Origin: a bacterium
GTDB taxonomy: Bacteria; SZUA-182; DTGQ01; JAFGSM01
Reading direction: 5' to 3'
DNA length: 64,000 bases
Assembly: GCA_049472335.1 (NCBI GenBank)
Contig: JBLIRO010000002.1
Location: forward strand, 32,001-96,000
The translations under genes were made by a program, and so were the position numbers. The notes beneath the pieces were generated by a model. That model was given only the letters and a program-made list of their open reading frames with translations, ran no database searches and was not told where the DNA came from. Positions 1-9,717 of this stretch are shown one piece after another. Positions within the stretch are counted from its first letter, which is position 1, and the number at the start of each line of letters is the position of its first letter.

Positions 1-2
1 TA

Positions 3-170
3 ATTGGGATCAATGTAGTCGGCAGCAAGGCCACTATTGCACTGGTATTTCTTGCCGCCATTTTTCAAAAGACCTCTTTTCTGGACATTGCCTTGCTTTA
101 CGCCATGCTGGTCTATGTAACAACCTTGGCCTTTGTAAAATATCTGGAACATAGGGACCTGGGGGATTAA
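3..170 (+). CDS. mrpF: Mrp/Mnh antiporter subunit F, 3' part (truncated by window start; not in ORF track)
   Basis: Frame from 3 reads IGINVVGSKATIALVFLAAIFQKTSFLDIALLYAMLVYVTTLAFVKYLEHRDLGD*; the LDIALLYA motif is typical of MrpF and it lies directly before mrpG. Confidence 0.85.
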   Translation: MGINVVGSKATIALVFLAAIFQKTSFLDIALLYAMLVYVTTLAFVKYLEHRDLGD

Positions 171-172
171 TT

Positions 173-541
173 ATGATATATCTGCAGACAATTTTGAGAT
201 TTTTAGCGGGTATATTCATACTGGGGGGGGTATTCTTTTTTGTGTGTGCAACAGTCGGGGTAATACGAATGCCGGATTCCTATAATAGGGCACATACCTC
301 GGGGAAAGGGGACAGTCCCGGGCTTCTCCTGTCGCTACTCGGGGTATGGATATATTGGCTCACTATCAATCCTATGGAGAGTATAAAAGTTATTGTGATT
401 CTGGTTTTCATGTTGTTGGCCAATCCAATCGCGGTGCATGCGATACTCCGCTTCTGCTATAAGACAAAAATCCCCTGGATTGAAGATACGACATTTGATC
501 TGTTGAAAAAAAAAGATGATTTTCCCAAAAAGGAGGTTTGA
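173..541 (+). CDS. mrpG: Mrp/Mnh antiporter subunit G
   Basis: GVIRMPDSYNRAH..GK.D motif, NPIAVHAI motif, 3 hydrophobic segments. Confidence 0.9.
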   Translation: MIYLQTILRFLAGIFILGGVFFFVCATVGVIRMPDSYNRAHTSGKGDSPGLLLSLLGVWIYWLTINPMESIKVIVILVFMLLANPIAVHAILRFCYKTKIPWIEDTTFDLLKKKDDFPKKEV

Positions 542-792
542 CTATGGATCTTGTGCTTTTGGCCCATTTAGTTGTCCTGTTTTTTCTGATATGCACTGCT
601 CTGGCTGCAATAGTAAGTAAAGACCTTCTTGAGTCAGTTATAATTTACAATGCATATAGTTTCACTATAGCCATTACTTACAGCATACTTAGGGCGGTGG
701 ATGTGGCAATGACGGAGGCCGCTGTGGGGGCGGGGATATCCAGTATCCTTTTCGTGGCCGCCTTGTGTAAGACCAAAAGGAGAGAAGACTGA
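538..792 (+). CDS. MnhB-associated small subunit (DUF4040-like, MrpA C-terminal domain equivalent)
   Basis: KDLLESVI...AVDVAMTEAAVGAG motif; overlaps mrpG stop. Confidence 0.85.
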   Translation: MTMDLVLLAHLVVLFFLICTALAAIVSKDLLESVIIYNAYSFTIAITYSILRAVDVAMTEAAVGAGISSILFVAALCKTKRRED

Positions 793-1118
793 TGAGACGT
801 TTCATCCCGGTGGTTCTTTTTTGTATCTTTGGGATAGTCATGATTGCTGCCGTTCTTACACTGGCGCCGGTCGGAGATCCTCACCAGCCGGGTTATGCGG
901 AATTTGTGCATCCGGAGGTTGAGTATGAAGAAATTATCAGGGAAGGGGAGACTGTGGCGCTTCGGTATAACCGCGAAGGGGCCTATGATACGGGCGCATT
1001 GGATATTATCACATCTACCATATTCGATTACCGCGGCTATGATACCCTTTTCGAAACAACCGTGCTTTTTACAGCCCTCATAAGTGTTTTGACTATAATT
1101 GGGGTTTCAAAAGAATAA
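792..1118 (+). CDS. Mrp/Mbh small subunit (MbhE-like, MnhB N-terminal part)
   Basis: DIITSTIFDYRGYDTLFETTVLF motif (DYRGxDTLxE). Confidence 0.85.
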   Translation: MRRFIPVVLFCIFGIVMIAAVLTLAPVGDPHQPGYAEFVHPEVEYEEIIREGETVALRYNREGAYDTGALDIITSTIFDYRGYDTLFETTVLFTALISVLTIIGVSKE

Positions 1119-1139
1119 AATTAATAAGGATTTTTTATT

Positions 1140-1670
1140 TTGAAAAAAGAATCTGAATATAAGACCAGTTTAGTGATTCAGACCGTTACCCGTCTAATGC
1201 TGCCGTTTCTGCTCATGTTTGGAATAAGTCTGATCGTTCACGGGCATCTGACCCCTGGCGGGGGTTTTCAGGGAGGAGTTGTCATTGGCGCAACCTTTAT
1301 CCTTCTGGGACTGGCCTTCAATAAGGAGGAAGGCCGTCGCGCCGTTCCTGAAAAAAGTGTCAGAACGGTTGCGTCTTTCGGAATCCTCATCTATATATTC
1401 GTTGGGCTTGCAGGCATATTGGCCGGCTATAATTTTTTAACCAACAGGTGGATGAAATTCCCGCCCTTTGGGGAATTGGGAGAGCTTTTTAGCGGAGGTT
1501 CACTTTTTTGGATAAATATCGGAGTCGGACTTACTGTTTCGGCAATAGCCATGGAAATGTTTTATGCATTTTTAGAAGAAAAACGCGATCCTACATATCG
1601 GAAAATCATAAGTAAAGTGGATGAGAAAAGGAGGTGGTCAGATGAGATTTTTCGGGATACTTCTAAGTAG
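1140..1670 (+). CDS. mrpB: Mrp/Mnh antiporter subunit B
   Basis: HGHLTPGGGFQGG signature; TTG start. Confidence 0.92.
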   Translation: MKKESEYKTSLVIQTVTRLMLPFLLMFGISLIVHGHLTPGGGFQGGVVIGATFILLGLAFNKEEGRRAVPEKSVRTVASFGILIYIFVGLAGILAGYNFLTNRWMKFPPFGELGELFSGGSLFWINIGVGLTVSAIAMEMFYAFLEEKRDPTYRKIISKVDEKRRWSDEIFRDTSK

Positions 1671-2049
1671 AATAGATTATGTTGTAACTGTGATTCTCTT
1701 TTGTATCGGATTATATGCCCTTGTTGTTAAGCCAAATTTGATCAAGAAAATGATTGGGATGAATATCGTTGAAACCTCTGTATATCTTTTTCTGATCGCC
1801 TCCGCAGATGTTCGTCTGGGTGCTTCTACAAGGCTGTGGGCTCATCCGAATGAGATTCTAAACGCCCAGGAGGCGGTCCATGCTGCGGCAGGTGAATTGG
1901 CAATGGTGAATCCTATCCCATCAGCCCTCGTTCTGACCGCTATTGTGGTTAGCGTGAGTGTTACAGCAGTTTCGCTTTGTCTTGCCATTAAGATATATGA
2001 AAATTATGGAACCCTGGATACCAGGAAAATAATGAGATTAAGAGGATAG
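1642..2049 (+). CDS. mrpC: Mrp/Mnh antiporter subunit C
   Basis: NLIKKMIG, NPIPSALVLTAIVV and YGTLD motifs; start moved to ATG 1642, which follows SD AGGAGGTGG. Confidence 0.92.
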   Translation: MRFFGILLSRIDYVVTVILFCIGLYALVVKPNLIKKMIGMNIVETSVYLFLIASADVRLGASTRLWAHPNEILNAQEAVHAAAGELAMVNPIPSALVLTAIVVSVSVTAVSLCLAIKIYENYGTLDTRKIMRLRG

Positions 2050-2056
2050 GTCGACA

Positions 2057-3622
2057 ATGGAATCCTCCCTTGCACAATCAGGATCTCAGCTTCAGGTTTT
2101 AATACCTGTATGTCTGATTTTTACCGCGGTAATCATGCCCATAGTAGGAAGATGGGTAAAGCGTTTGAGAGAATACCTGTTTCTTTTTGCAACCATATTA
2201 GCTGCTTACATGTCGGTGATAATTTTTCTCAGGGTTTTCAGATCACCGAGCGGGTATCTGGAGTATTTTCTGGGATATGGATGGCAGGGGGTTCGATTCC
2301 TCAAAACCGGCCAACCCATAGGTATTGTCTTGAAAACAGACTTGCTGGGAGCCATCTTGCTCCTTTTAATAAATGGTATTGGCGCACTTGCCGCCATATA
2401 TTCCATCCCTTATATACATCATGAGGTACAAAAGTCAAAGCATACCTATTACTATACGCTTTTTTTATTGATGCTGGGCGGAATGTCCGGCATTGCCGTG
2501 ACAGGAGACATATTTAATTTTTATGTTTTTTTCGAGATCGCATCTATCAGCTCTTATGCCCTTGTATCTATTACCGGAAAGGCCGAATCTCTTGAGGCGA
2601 CATTCAAATATCTTCTGGTTGGCGCCTTAAGCTCTATCTTTATTGTCTTTGCGATAGGTTTGTTGTTTAATGCCACTGGCACACTTAATATGGAATATGC
2701 GTCCAGGCAGGTGGCCAAGATAATTGTTAGTGAACCGGATTCCTTTATCTATTCTCTTCGTTATCTCATTTTCGCGTCTGTGGGCCTTTTCATAATGGGA
2801 TTCAGTGTAAAAGCGGCCCTTTTCCCCGGACACGCATGGCTGGCAGATGCTCATCCGGTGGCTCCATCATCGATCAGCGCGCTTTTGTCCGGTCTTGTTA
2901 TTAAAGCCACAGGTATTTTCCCTTTAGTCCGTTTTCTTTTCGGTATCTTTGCTATTCATAGCGGTTATTACGGCAAGCTTCTAAGACCGCTTTTTTTGAC
3001 TATTGCAGTGATAACCATGTTAGGGGGGTCTTTTTTCGCGATTGCCCAGACAAAACTCAAGCGCATGCTGGCCTTTTCCACCATTGCACAGGTCGGATAT
3101 ATCATGTTTGGCATCGGCTTGATTACAAATGCCGGGGTGGCCGGTTCCATCCTGCATATTATCAACCACGCAATTGTAAAAGGCCTTCTTTTTCTTGTTT
3201 CAGGAATCATTATTTATAAAACAGGGATCACAGAGATTGCGGATATGGGAAAGATCGGATATAAAATGCCCTTGACTATGGCATGCTTTGCTATAGGGGC
3301 TTGCTCAATGGTAGGCGTTCCTCCCCTGAGCGGATTTATGAGTAAATGGGTGTTGGCAAATGCGTCCTTTGAAGCCGGTTTGCCTTTTTTAATCGGTTTT
3401 TTGCTTCTTAGCAGTCTTTTAAATGCCGTTTATTATTTCAGGGTAGTAGCAATTTCTTATTTTGGCATACCCAAGATAGATATAGAAAAAAGGGACGAGC
3501 CACCGTTCATGATGCAGCTTCCTGTTATAATCCTGACCTTTTTAGTGGTGCTTTTGGGGATTTTGATTAAATATCCATACCATAAGGCTGCAATGCCGGC
3601 TGCTCTTATGGTTTTTAAATAA
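2057..3622 (+). CDS. mrpD: Mrp antiporter subunit D (NuoM/N-like), copy 1
   Basis: TGDIFNFYVFFE, GFSVKAALFP.HAWLADAHPVAP, SGLVIK, GFMSKW. Confidence 0.9.
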   Translation: MESSLAQSGSQLQVLIPVCLIFTAVIMPIVGRWVKRLREYLFLFATILAAYMSVIIFLRVFRSPSGYLEYFLGYGWQGVRFLKTGQPIGIVLKTDLLGAILLLLINGIGALAAIYSIPYIHHEVQKSKHTYYYTLFLLMLGGMSGIAVTGDIFNFYVFFEIASISSYALVSITGKAESLEATFKYLLVGALSSIFIVFAIGLLFNATGTLNMEYASRQVAKIIVSEPDSFIYSLRYLIFASVGLFIMGFSVKAALFPGHAWLADAHPVAPSSISALLSGLVIKATGIFPLVRFLFGIFAIHSGYYGKLLRPLFLTIAVITMLGGSFFAIAQTKLKRMLAFSTIAQVGYIMFGIGLITNAGVAGSILHIINHAIVKGLLFLVSGIIIYKTGITEIADMGKIGYKMPLTMACFAIGACSMVGVPPLSGFMSKWVLANASFEAGLPFLIGFLLLSSLLNAVYYFRVVAISYFGIPKIDIEKRDEPPFMMQLPVIILTFLVVLLGILIKYPYHKAAMPAALMVFK

Positions 3623-3688
3623 TTTTGTTTTAAGAAGAAATTACGAAAAAGAAAGAAAAAAAATGATCAGGTTCTAAGGAGGATACCA

Positions 3689-5185
3689 ATGTTAGTGGAG
3701 AGCTATCTGCCTTTACTTGCAGTTATGTTCCCTCTGGTTGCTATAGTATTTCGACCGTTTGTGGAAAAACACCGCTACTATCATTATACATTTATCGTGA
3801 GCTTTGTAACATTAGTTATAGTTTTGTTCATGTTTCCTTCCATAAAGGCAGGCAATTTACTAAACATGAGCCTGGATACGGGGCTGGGATTCAATTTTGT
3901 ATTTCGAGCCGATATGCTGGGTTTTTTTGTGGGAATAATTTCAATTCTGCTTTGGACACTCTCCTCGCTTTATGGAATTGAATATATGTCCGAATCTCAT
4001 GCCCATGGCAGATATAATATATTTTCCCTTCTCTCCCTGGGTGGAATGATGGGAGTCGTTTTTACCGGAAACCTTTTTACCCTTTATATATTCTTTGAGT
4101 TATTGAGCGTCGCATCGGCCATCCTTGTATTTCATGAAGAGACCCCTGAGGCAATGAAGGCTGGATTTAAATACCTTTTCCTGGGTATTGCCGGCGGTCT
4201 CATATTATTATTTGGGATCATAATGACCTATGATATTGCGGGCACCGGAGACTTGACGATGATTGGTATCGGTCTCCAGGGAAGCAAATGGCTTCCCTTT
4301 ATATTCTGGAGTTTTATTATAGGCTTTGGTGTCAAAGCAGGTATGTTTCCCATGCATATCTGGCTTCCTTCAGCCCATCCGGTTGCGCCTTCACCAGCCA
4401 GTGCCCTGCTCTCCGGTGTAATGATAAAGGCCGGCGCCTATGGGATCTTTAAGACAGTCTATAACATAATAGGGTATACAGATATAGTTCATTCACATAT
4501 GGGTCTTATTATTCCATTGCTGATTTTGGCCCTGATAACCATCTTCCTTGGTTCGGCTTGCGCAATAACCCAGACAGAGATAAAAAAGATGTTGGCCTAT
4601 TCCAGTATCTCCCAGATCGGCTATGTGATTATGGGGATTTCACTGCTCTCGCCAAGGGGTATTGTGGGTGCGCTATTTCATGTCCTTGCTCACGCGCTTA
4701 TGAAGGGAACATTGTTCATGTGTGCAGGGGCATTCATTCACCAGACAGGGCTGAGAGAGCTTGCGGATCTGAAAGGCATAGGAAAGAGGATGCCTTTTAC
4801 CACCCTTTGTTTCAGTATTTGTGCCCTTTCTATGATAGGTCTTCCTCCTTTCATAGGCTTTATAAGCAAGTGGGAACTCGCACTGGGTTCCCTCGAAACC
4901 ATTAAAATGGGATATTATTGGCCGGGGATAGGTATTATCGCACTCCTGACCCTTCTCCTCAGCAGCCTTTTAAACCTTGTCTATTACGGCCCCGTTGTAG
5001 TAGGGGCCTGGATGCATAGTCCTGGTGAATCCTCTTATGAGTCGGAGTCGTCCAAAAATGAAGATGCCGGTAAAACTATGCTTGTACCCATGTTGTTGCT
5101 TTCCCTGGGTGTGTTCCTGTTTGGGGTATGGCCGAGACATCCGCTTAATTTTGTTCGAAAAATCAGCAAGATCTTCTTCCCATAA
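3689..5185 (+). CDS. mrpD: Mrp antiporter subunit D-like, copy 2
   Basis: GNLFTLYIFFE, GFGVKAGMFPMHIWLPSAHPVAP, SGVMIK, GFISKW; SD AAGGAGG. Confidence 0.88.
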   Translation: MLVESYLPLLAVMFPLVAIVFRPFVEKHRYYHYTFIVSFVTLVIVLFMFPSIKAGNLLNMSLDTGLGFNFVFRADMLGFFVGIISILLWTLSSLYGIEYMSESHAHGRYNIFSLLSLGGMMGVVFTGNLFTLYIFFELLSVASAILVFHEETPEAMKAGFKYLFLGIAGGLILLFGIIMTYDIAGTGDLTMIGIGLQGSKWLPFIFWSFIIGFGVKAGMFPMHIWLPSAHPVAPSPASALLSGVMIKAGAYGIFKTVYNIIGYTDIVHSHMGLIIPLLILALITIFLGSACAITQTEIKKMLAYSSISQIGYVIMGISLLSPRGIVGALFHVLAHALMKGTLFMCAGAFIHQTGLRELADLKGIGKRMPFTTLCFSICALSMIGLPPFIGFISKWELALGSLETIKMGYYWPGIGIIALLTLLLSSLLNLVYYGPVVVGAWMHSPGESSYESESSKNEDAGKTMLVPMLLLSLGVFLFGVWPRHPLNFVRKISKIFFP

Positions 5186-5211
5186 TAACCAAGATGATTT
5201 CAAGGTGTAAT

Positions 5212-5937
5212 ATGAAAAAAAGGGATATAATTTTTTATCTTTTTTTACAAATAATTTTGGCTTTGGCGCTTCTAATGTTATCCATGAACGCACAGGCATC
5301 TTCAAACACCCACAGGCATAATGAAGCTGTGGAATCCGGACATCATGAATTTATCTCCGGAGCGGAAGAACAAGTTCATGAAAAAGAGGTTCTTCACGGG
5401 GAAAGGGCCGGGGAGGATTTCGAGGAAGATACCGCACATGAGACCCATGGAGTTGAAGAACATCCTCATCATGGGGAAGAATCTCGTTACGGTGAAGAGA
5501 CCGAAGAACATATTGGCAAAGATGAGGGGCATGAGGCAAATCATGAGACAAAAGGTCATTCGGATCATGACCATCAGGCAGAAGTGCCACTTGTTTATCT
5601 TTTTTATTGGGGCATATTGATTCTGGTCATGGTAATAATACTGATATATTTTGTCTATCGACGTAAAAATAAAAAGTTAAAGCCTATGATTCCCCTGGCC
5701 GTTTTTCTGGTTCTCTTTGCCATAGCTATCTATGTTCTTGAAATAATTACTCCTGCCTTCAGCGGCAGATTTGACCCTAAGACATTAACAATTATTCATG
5801 ATTTTCACGAAGCCCCTGATATTGGATTTCTGCGTTTCATTTATAAATTTATATTGGGAATATTAATGACACTTTTTGCTTTTCTAAATCTGGATCGTAA
5901 CGAATTTAATAAAAAAAGTATGGAAGACCAGGGATGA
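5212..5937 (+). CDS. Membrane protein with signal peptide, His/Glu-rich extracytoplasmic region and about 3 C-terminal TM helices
   Basis: MKKRD + hydrophobic stretch + AQA cleavage site, then about 95 aa with 17 His and about 24 Glu, then hydrophobic segments; stop overlaps next start (ATGA). Confidence 0.75.
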   Translation: MKKRDIIFYLFLQIILALALLMLSMNAQASSNTHRHNEAVESGHHEFISGAEEQVHEKEVLHGERAGEDFEEDTAHETHGVEEHPHHGEESRYGEETEEHIGKDEGHEANHETKGHSDHDHQAEVPLVYLFYWGILILVMVIILIYFVYRRKNKKLKPMIPLAVFLVLFAIAIYVLEIITPAFSGRFDPKTLTIIHDFHEAPDIGFLRFIYKFILGILMTLFAFLNLDRNEFNKKSMEDQG

Positions 5938-6914
5938 GCGATAATTTTGAGACCACAAAAGTACTGGTTGTGGACGATGATCCGGCAACCAGGGATATTA
6001 TCAGACTGAGTCTTTGCCCCCTTGGCTATCAAATAAGTGAGGCGGTAACAGGCACTGAGGGACTGGAGAAAGTGATCATAGAGAATCCTGATATTATTGT
6101 TCTGGATGTAATGTTGCCTGAAAAATCAGGACTGGACGTCTGTCATTATCTCAAGGAAAGCTCCATTACCGCTCATTTACCTATAATCATGTTGACTGCG
6201 AAACAAGACCTTGCTGACAAACTTACAGGGCTGGATACAGGTGCGGATGACTATATTATAAAGCCTTTTGATCCCTTGGAGCTTGAGGCAAGGATAAAGG
6301 CCCTATTGAGAAAAACAAGGCGGGATCTCTTTGCCAATCCTCTAACCCGCCTGCCGGGAAGTATTTCCATAGAGAAAGAGATTCAGAGGATTATTGATGA
6401 AGGAGAACCTTTCGCGGCCATATTTATAGATCTGGATAACTTCAAGGCTTATAACGATAATTACGGGTATGCAGCGGGAAACAGGATAATTATTTTTACA
6501 GCCCATACAATTATGTCGGCAAACAAAAAATATGGCAATCCTCAGGATTTTATCGGGCATATCGGCGGAGACGACTTTGTGTGCCTGACAACACCTATTT
6601 GTGTCGATAATGTGTGTCAGGAGATTATCAGAATTTTTGATCAGCTCATTCATCTTCATTACAGGGAGGAGGATTTAAAGAGGGGCTATATTGTGAATGA
6701 AGACAGAAGGGGCCGAATTAAAAAATTCCCTTTGATGAGTATTACCCTGGTTGTAGTTACTAATGAAGAAGCCACCTTTGATCATCACCTTCAGATATCG
6801 GAAAAGGCGGCAGAATTAAAAAGGCACGTAAAGATGCTTCAGGGCAGCAATTACAGGAAAGACCGGCGAAAAGGAGCCGCCACTCAGAAACCGTTCACGG
6901 AAGAGGCCGTTTGA
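5934..6914 (+). CDS. Response regulator with diguanylate cyclase domain (REC-GGDEF)
   Basis: REC motifs VVDDD, LDVMLP, MLTA, KPF; GGDEF domain [29 protein letters not shown]. Confidence 0.9.
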   Translation: MSDNFETTKVLVVDDDPATRDIIRLSLCPLGYQISEAVTGTEGLEKVIIENPDIIVLDVMLPEKSGLDVCHYLKESSITAHLPIIMLTAKQDLADKLTGLDTGADDYIIKPFDPLELEARIKALLRKTRRDLFANPLTRLPGSISIEKEIQRIIDEGEPFAAIFIDLDNFKAYNDNYGYAAGNRIIIFTAHTIMSANKKYGNPQDFIGHIGGDDFVCLTTPICVDNVCQEIIRIFDQLIHLHYREEDLKRGYIVNEDRRGRIKKFPLMSITLVVVTNEEATFDHHLQISEKAAELKRHVKMLQGSNYRKDRRKGAATQKPFTEEAV

Positions 6915-8209
6915 AGATGAAACTTAATATTACACAAAAGCTGATGGTCGGGTTTCTAGTGGTCCTTCTTTGCGGGACCATGAGCGGCGCCATATCATAT
7001 GTAAGTCTTGATCAGATTGAAACACAGTTTCAGTCCTTTTACACAACCAGAGAGAAGGACTCGGACAGGAGGATAGAATCAATAATCAAAGAGTTGAAAC
7101 GGATGAAGGTGCTGACTTTCGCGCTGATAATGCTGGATTTTTTGGTTACCGTGATTGTAATACTAATCCTGTCCAACAAATTTACAGATCCTATAATATC
7201 TCTTTCTACAATGGCCAAAGAGATTGGTGAAGGACACTGGGGGAAAAGAATAGATATCTCCAGCCAGGATGAGATTGGGCAACTGGCCGGGACTTTTAAT
7301 CAGATGTCGAGATCCATTTTGGATAGGGAAAAACAAATTGAAAAAGCTCAGGAAGAGCTTAAAAAAAGGGATGAAATCCTGGTCAAGACCAATAGAGAGC
7401 TGGAAAGGCTCAATGAGCTTAAATCCGATTTTCTTTCAACGGTCTCCCATGAACTGAAAACCCCTCTGACCGCGATTAAGGGTTATGTCTCGTTAATGAA
7501 AAACAGCAAGATAGGACCGGTCAATCAACAACAATACAAGTGCCTGGTCATAGCTGATGAACGGGTGGATCATTTGAACAATCTCATTTCAGACCTTCTG
7601 GACCTGTCGAAAATAGAAGCAAACCAGTATGCGATAAAATCAAAACAGGATGATCTCGCTCAATTGATCAGAAATACTGTTTCATCCTTGTCACCTATCT
7701 TTAAAAATAAAAAATTGAATCTGGAGGTTCTGATTCCACAAGGTCTTTCTCCTGTGTATATGGATGCACCTAAAATAAACCAGGTTCTGACAAATCTTCT
7801 TAGCAATGCCGTAAAGTTTACACCTTCAGGGGGAGATATTAAGGTCAGTCTAATTCAGGATGTCTCACAAAATGGAGGGAGTGGTAGCGGATTTGTTCAG
7901 GTGGATATATCAGACACTGGTATCGGATTGGCCCCCGATCAGAGGGAAAAGATCTTTGAAAAGTTTTATCAGGTAGATCATTCCCCGACGCGAGAATATG
8001 ACGGGACCGGTCTTGGCCTCCCAATAGCAAAAAAAATTGTTGAGCTCCACGGCGGTAAGATTTGGGTTAAAAAAAGGAAGGGAAAGGGGAGCACTTTCTC
8101 CTTTACCATACCAATGGCAGTTGAAGCCGGAACAATGGAATCAGAGATGATGGCAGAAACAAAAAAAAGCAAACCAACAACAAGAAAAAAAAGGGAAAAT
8201 AAGGAATGA
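6911..8209 (+). CDS. Membrane sensor histidine kinase (2 TM, HAMP, HisKA, HATPase)
   Basis: [18 protein letters not shown]-box [10 protein letters not shown]-box [21 protein letters not shown]. Confidence 0.92.
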   Translation: MKMKLNITQKLMVGFLVVLLCGTMSGAISYVSLDQIETQFQSFYTTREKDSDRRIESIIKELKRMKVLTFALIMLDFLVTVIVILILSNKFTDPIISLSTMAKEIGEGHWGKRIDISSQDEIGQLAGTFNQMSRSILDREKQIEKAQEELKKRDEILVKTNRELERLNELKSDFLSTVSHELKTPLTAIKGYVSLMKNSKIGPVNQQQYKCLVIADERVDHLNNLISDLLDLSKIEANQYAIKSKQDDLAQLIRNTVSSLSPIFKNKKLNLEVLIPQGLSPVYMDAPKINQVLTNLLSNAVKFTPSGGDIKVSLIQDVSQNGGSGSGFVQVDISDTGIGLAPDQREKIFEKFYQVDHSPTREYDGTGLGLPIAKKIVELHGGKIWVKKRKGKGSTFSFTIPMAVEAGTMESEMMAETKKSKPTTRKKRENKE

Positions 8210-9711
8210 ATCAACCTAGTATACTGCCGATTTTGGCCTTGGTATTTCCATTAATCGGGGCCATAGCACTCCCGTGGATTGATAGATTTTTTTCGGGAAT
8301 GGCAGATCGGTTTACAGCCATAGTAACCCTTGCATCCGCGATAGCTGTGGGGTCGATGTATCCCCATATAAAAGCAGGGAAAATACTCGTTTATTCCATT
8401 TCAACCGGGTTGCCCGTAGGTCTTTCTTTCTATGTTGACAGCCTGGGTTTTTTTGTCGGAATGATCTCCGTCATCATTTGGATGCTGGGAAGCTTTTATG
8501 CAATAGGCTTCATGAAGGGCGCCGATTCGCATGTGCGTTATGATGCATTCTCTCTGCTGACACTTTTAGGCATGCTGGGTGTCGTCTTTACCGGGGACCT
8601 TTTTAGCTTATATGTCTTTTTTGAGATATTAAGTGTTGCCTCTTTTATGCTAATGGCTCATAAACAAACAAAGGCGGCACTAAAAGGCGGACTGATTTAT
8701 ATCTTTATGGGTATATCCGGAGGGCTTATTTTGCTGTTTTCGATCCTTTTAACCTATACGCTGGCTGGAACAATAAACCTTTCGATGATAGGGTTAGGAT
8801 TGAAAGGATCGCCCTTCCTGCCCTTTATTTTCATTGGTTATTTAATTGGTTTTGGGGTTAAGGCAGGGATCTTCCCCCTTCATTTCTGGATGCCTTCCGC
8901 GTATCCCGAAGCCCCTACCTGTGCAGTGGCACTTTCATCAGGTGTCATGATCAAGGCAGGCGCTTATGGAATCATAAGGACTTTGTATGGAATCATGGGA
9001 AGTGATTTGATGAAAGGCAGTATTTTGGCCGGATTATTGCTTTTTATGGCCATGCTCTCCATATTTGTAGGTTCTGCCGCTGCGATTAATCAATCGGATA
9101 TAAAGAGACTTCTCGGATATTCAAGTGTTTCACAGATTGGTTATATTATGATGGGTGTGGCCCTTTTGTCGCCGACGGGTTTGTTGGGAGGCTTGGTCCA
9201 CATCTTCAATCACGCGATTATAAAGGCCGCCTTATTCCTTTGTGCCGGTTCCATGATCAAGCAGACAGGCAGACGATATCTCCCTGAGCTAAAAGGGATA
9301 GGCCGTGAAATGCCGATAGTGACCTTTTGCTTTTCTTTTGCATCCCTTTCCATGATAGGTCTACCTCCGTTCAATGGTTTTATAAGCAAGTGGTTTCTGG
9401 CATTAGGGGCACTCGAGTCTGCCAAAGTCGGCTCTTATAGTCAATGGATAGGAATCTCAGCAGTCGGTTTGCTTATCCTTAGCAGCTTTATGAACCTGGT
9501 ATACTATGGCCCGATTGTTTATGGAGCATGGTTCGAGAAGAGAAAGGATGAATCTGAATCCAAACCTGACAATGACAAAAAGACAGCTTCGGACCCGGAA
9601 GCAAGTATGCTTTTGCCTATCTTAATACTTGCTGCGGCTACTTTGGTCTTTGGCATATTACCCGGCTGGCCTTTAAAACTTGCAAGACAGATAAGCAATA
9701 TGGTGTTTTGA
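8206..9711 (+). CDS. mrpD: Mrp antiporter subunit D-like, copy 3
   Basis: [37 protein letters not shown]; close paralog of 3689..5185. Confidence 0.88.
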   Translation: MNQPSILPILALVFPLIGAIALPWIDRFFSGMADRFTAIVTLASAIAVGSMYPHIKAGKILVYSISTGLPVGLSFYVDSLGFFVGMISVIIWMLGSFYAIGFMKGADSHVRYDAFSLLTLLGMLGVVFTGDLFSLYVFFEILSVASFMLMAHKQTKAALKGGLIYIFMGISGGLILLFSILLTYTLAGTINLSMIGLGLKGSPFLPFIFIGYLIGFGVKAGIFPLHFWMPSAYPEAPTCAVALSSGVMIKAGAYGIIRTLYGIMGSDLMKGSILAGLLLFMAMLSIFVGSAAAINQSDIKRLLGYSSVSQIGYIMMGVALLSPTGLLGGLVHIFNHAIIKAALFLCAGSMIKQTGRRYLPELKGIGREMPIVTFCFSFASLSMIGLPPFNGFISKWFLALGALESAKVGSYSQWIGISAVGLLILSSFMNLVYYGPIVYGAWFEKRKDESESKPDNDKKTASDPEASMLLPILILAAATLVFGILPGWPLKLARQISNMVF

Positions 9712-9717
9712 GGTATT

